Below, piece by piece: positions 62,653 through 64,000 of a stretch of DNA of 64,000 bases (positions are counted from its first letter, which is position 1; every line of letters begins with the position of its first letter). A program made the translations under genes and the position numbers. Under the pieces are notes generated by a model. It saw only the letters and a list, made by a program, of their open reading frames with translations. It was not told the origin of the DNA and made no database searches. Source of the DNA: an uncultured Elusimicrobia bacterium (GTDB lineage Bacteria; Elusimicrobiota; Elusimicrobia; 2-01-FULL-59-12); NCBI GenBank assembly GCA_963702895.1, contig OY969767.1:1856001-1920000 (forward strand), read 5' to 3'.

Positions 62653-64000
62653 TCACAGGGCGGGGCTCTTCTTTCCGAACAAGCGCCGGAAGAACCCCTT
62701 TTTCTTCGGGGTCCCGTCCGGCTGCACCTCGAGCCGGGTCTGCACTTCCGGCGAAAACTGATCGCCGGTAACGATATGGGGCGTGAGGAAAATGACCAAT
62801 TCCGTCTTTTGCTCCGTTTTGGCGCGGCTCCGGAACAGCATGCCGATGACCGGGATGCGGCCAAACCAGGGCACCTCGGTGTCTGTTTTCGCGCGGACCT
62901 CTTCGATCAGGCCGCCGATGACCACCGTGACGCCGTCTTTGACCACAAGACTCGCTTCCGCCGCCGAGGTGCGGATGATCGGGATCGAGCTCCCTTCGCT
63001 CGTGGTGATCGTGCTTTCCACGGAGCTCACCTCGGGTTTCACCTTTAACGTCACGATCCCGTCATCTCCGACGGATGGCGTCACCGACAACTTGACGCCG
63101 GTATCCAGGAACTCGACGTTCTCGGTCGTGACCGGGTTCGACGTGGTACTGCCGACGTTGAGCACCGTCTTGGTGATTTTGGCCGCCTTGCTGCCGACAT
63201 GGATCTTGGCCTCCTGATTGTTGAGCGCCATGATGCGCGGGGAGGAGAGGAGCTTGGTGGTCCCGATGGAACCCAGGAGGTTGATCACCGTTCGAAAATC
63301 TGGCTTCTCCAAAATTCCGACCGAGGCGGTGATGCCGGGCGCCGTGATGTTGCCCGGAGTCAGGGACGTCGGCGGGACCAGCTGAAGGTTCTGGACCATG
63401 GTGCCGGCCAGGTGGTAGCCGTTGAGGTTGTTCATGATGTGCGTCCAGTCGATGCCCTGCCAGTTGACGCCGGATTGGAAGCTCTTGTTGAGTATGACCT
63501 GCATGATTTTCGCCTCGATCAGCACGCAGCGGTGGCGCACATCGAAGGCCTTGATCAGCTCGGTGATGTCCTTCATCCGCGCCGCGTTGTCCCGGACCAC
63601 GAGCGTGTTGGAACGTTTGTCGATTTGAAGACTGCCGAAGTCCTTGCTCACGAGCGGACTGATCTTGGGTTCCAATTCGTCCGCGGTCGCGTAGTTAAGC
63701 CGGAAAATCTGCATTTCCTCGGGGACGTCAAACGTTTCGACGCGCTGGCGCATCTCCGCCAGGTCCCCGGGGTTGTCGTCGATAATTAAGGAATTGGTGA
63801 CTTCGTCGACCGCGATCGATCCGATCTTGCTCTTGATCGACTCCAGCATCTCTTTGGCCGTCTTCGCTTTGGCGTGGCGCAGCGGCAGAACCAGCCGCTG
63901 CGTCTTCTTGGAAAAGGGAACACCGTAGACCCGTTCGAAATCCGGGGCGGACATGACTTCGACGAGGTTGCCCTCGCGGGCATAGGCCAGGTCCCGGCTG
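62653..64000 (-). CDS. gspD: Secretin GspD/PilQ, 5' end outside the window
   Basis: VLIEAKI, LSSPRI, GVKLSVTP, GGLI, IPVIGMLFRS, ELVIFLTP. Confidence 0.92.
   Translation of the reverse strand, partial: SRDLAYAREGNLVEVMSAPDFERVYGVPFSKKTQRLVLPLRHAKAKTAKEMLESIKSKIGSIAVDEVTNSLIIDDNPGDLAEMRQRVETFDVPEEMQIFRLNYATADELEPKISPLVSKDFGSLQIDKRSNTLVVRDNAARMKDITELIKAFDVRHRCVLIEAKIMQVILNKSFQSGVNWQGIDWTHIMNNLNGYHLAGTMVQNLQLVPPTSLTPGNITAPGITASVGILEKPDFRTVINLLGSIGTTKLLSSPRIMALNNQEAKIHVGSKAAKITKTVLNVGSTTSNPVTTENVEFLDTGVKLSVTPSVGDDGIVTLKVKPEVSSVESTITTSEGSSIPIIRTSAAEASLVVKDGVTVVIGGLIEEVRAKTDTEVPWFGRIPVIGMLFRSRAKTEQKTELVIFLTPHIVTGDQFSPEVQTRLEVQPDGTPKKKGFFRRLFGKKSPAL

Overview
High-GC bacterial chromosomal window; the taxon cannot be determined from sequence, but the gene content resembles Elusimicrobiota/Omnitrophota-type genomes (inference). 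Half of the window is one giant minus-strand gene (about 33737 to 1619, about 10,700 codons). It encodes a Sec-signal-bearing modular surface protein with five G8-like/parallel beta-helix modules and five 14-blade beta-propeller modules, split by a single extra base at 27397-27398. The gene is bracketed by toxin-antitoxin (TA) cassettes, and about nine TA modules or remnants occur in the window, several between direct repeats of a target sequence (the giant gene's own 3' end, tRNA-Gly 3' ends, REP-like palindromes). The rest holds HEAT-repeat, hemerythrin, DUF805, RDD, nth, pcm, polX, DUF559, ilvD and TMTC-like genes, tRNA-Gly(CCC), and a type II secretion operon (gspD-E-F-G-H-I-J-K-L/pilMN-M). 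The most unusual signal is a layer of very small DNA elements: CG-flanked 20-bp hairpins inserted in pairs at the same T-loop CG of three tRNA 3'-end copies, related hairpins nested in a REP-like element inserted in-frame in polX, 7-8-bp repeats written into coding sequence, and a TTA-targeting MITE that replaced the start of gspJ. All domain calls come from motif recognition, not database searches.
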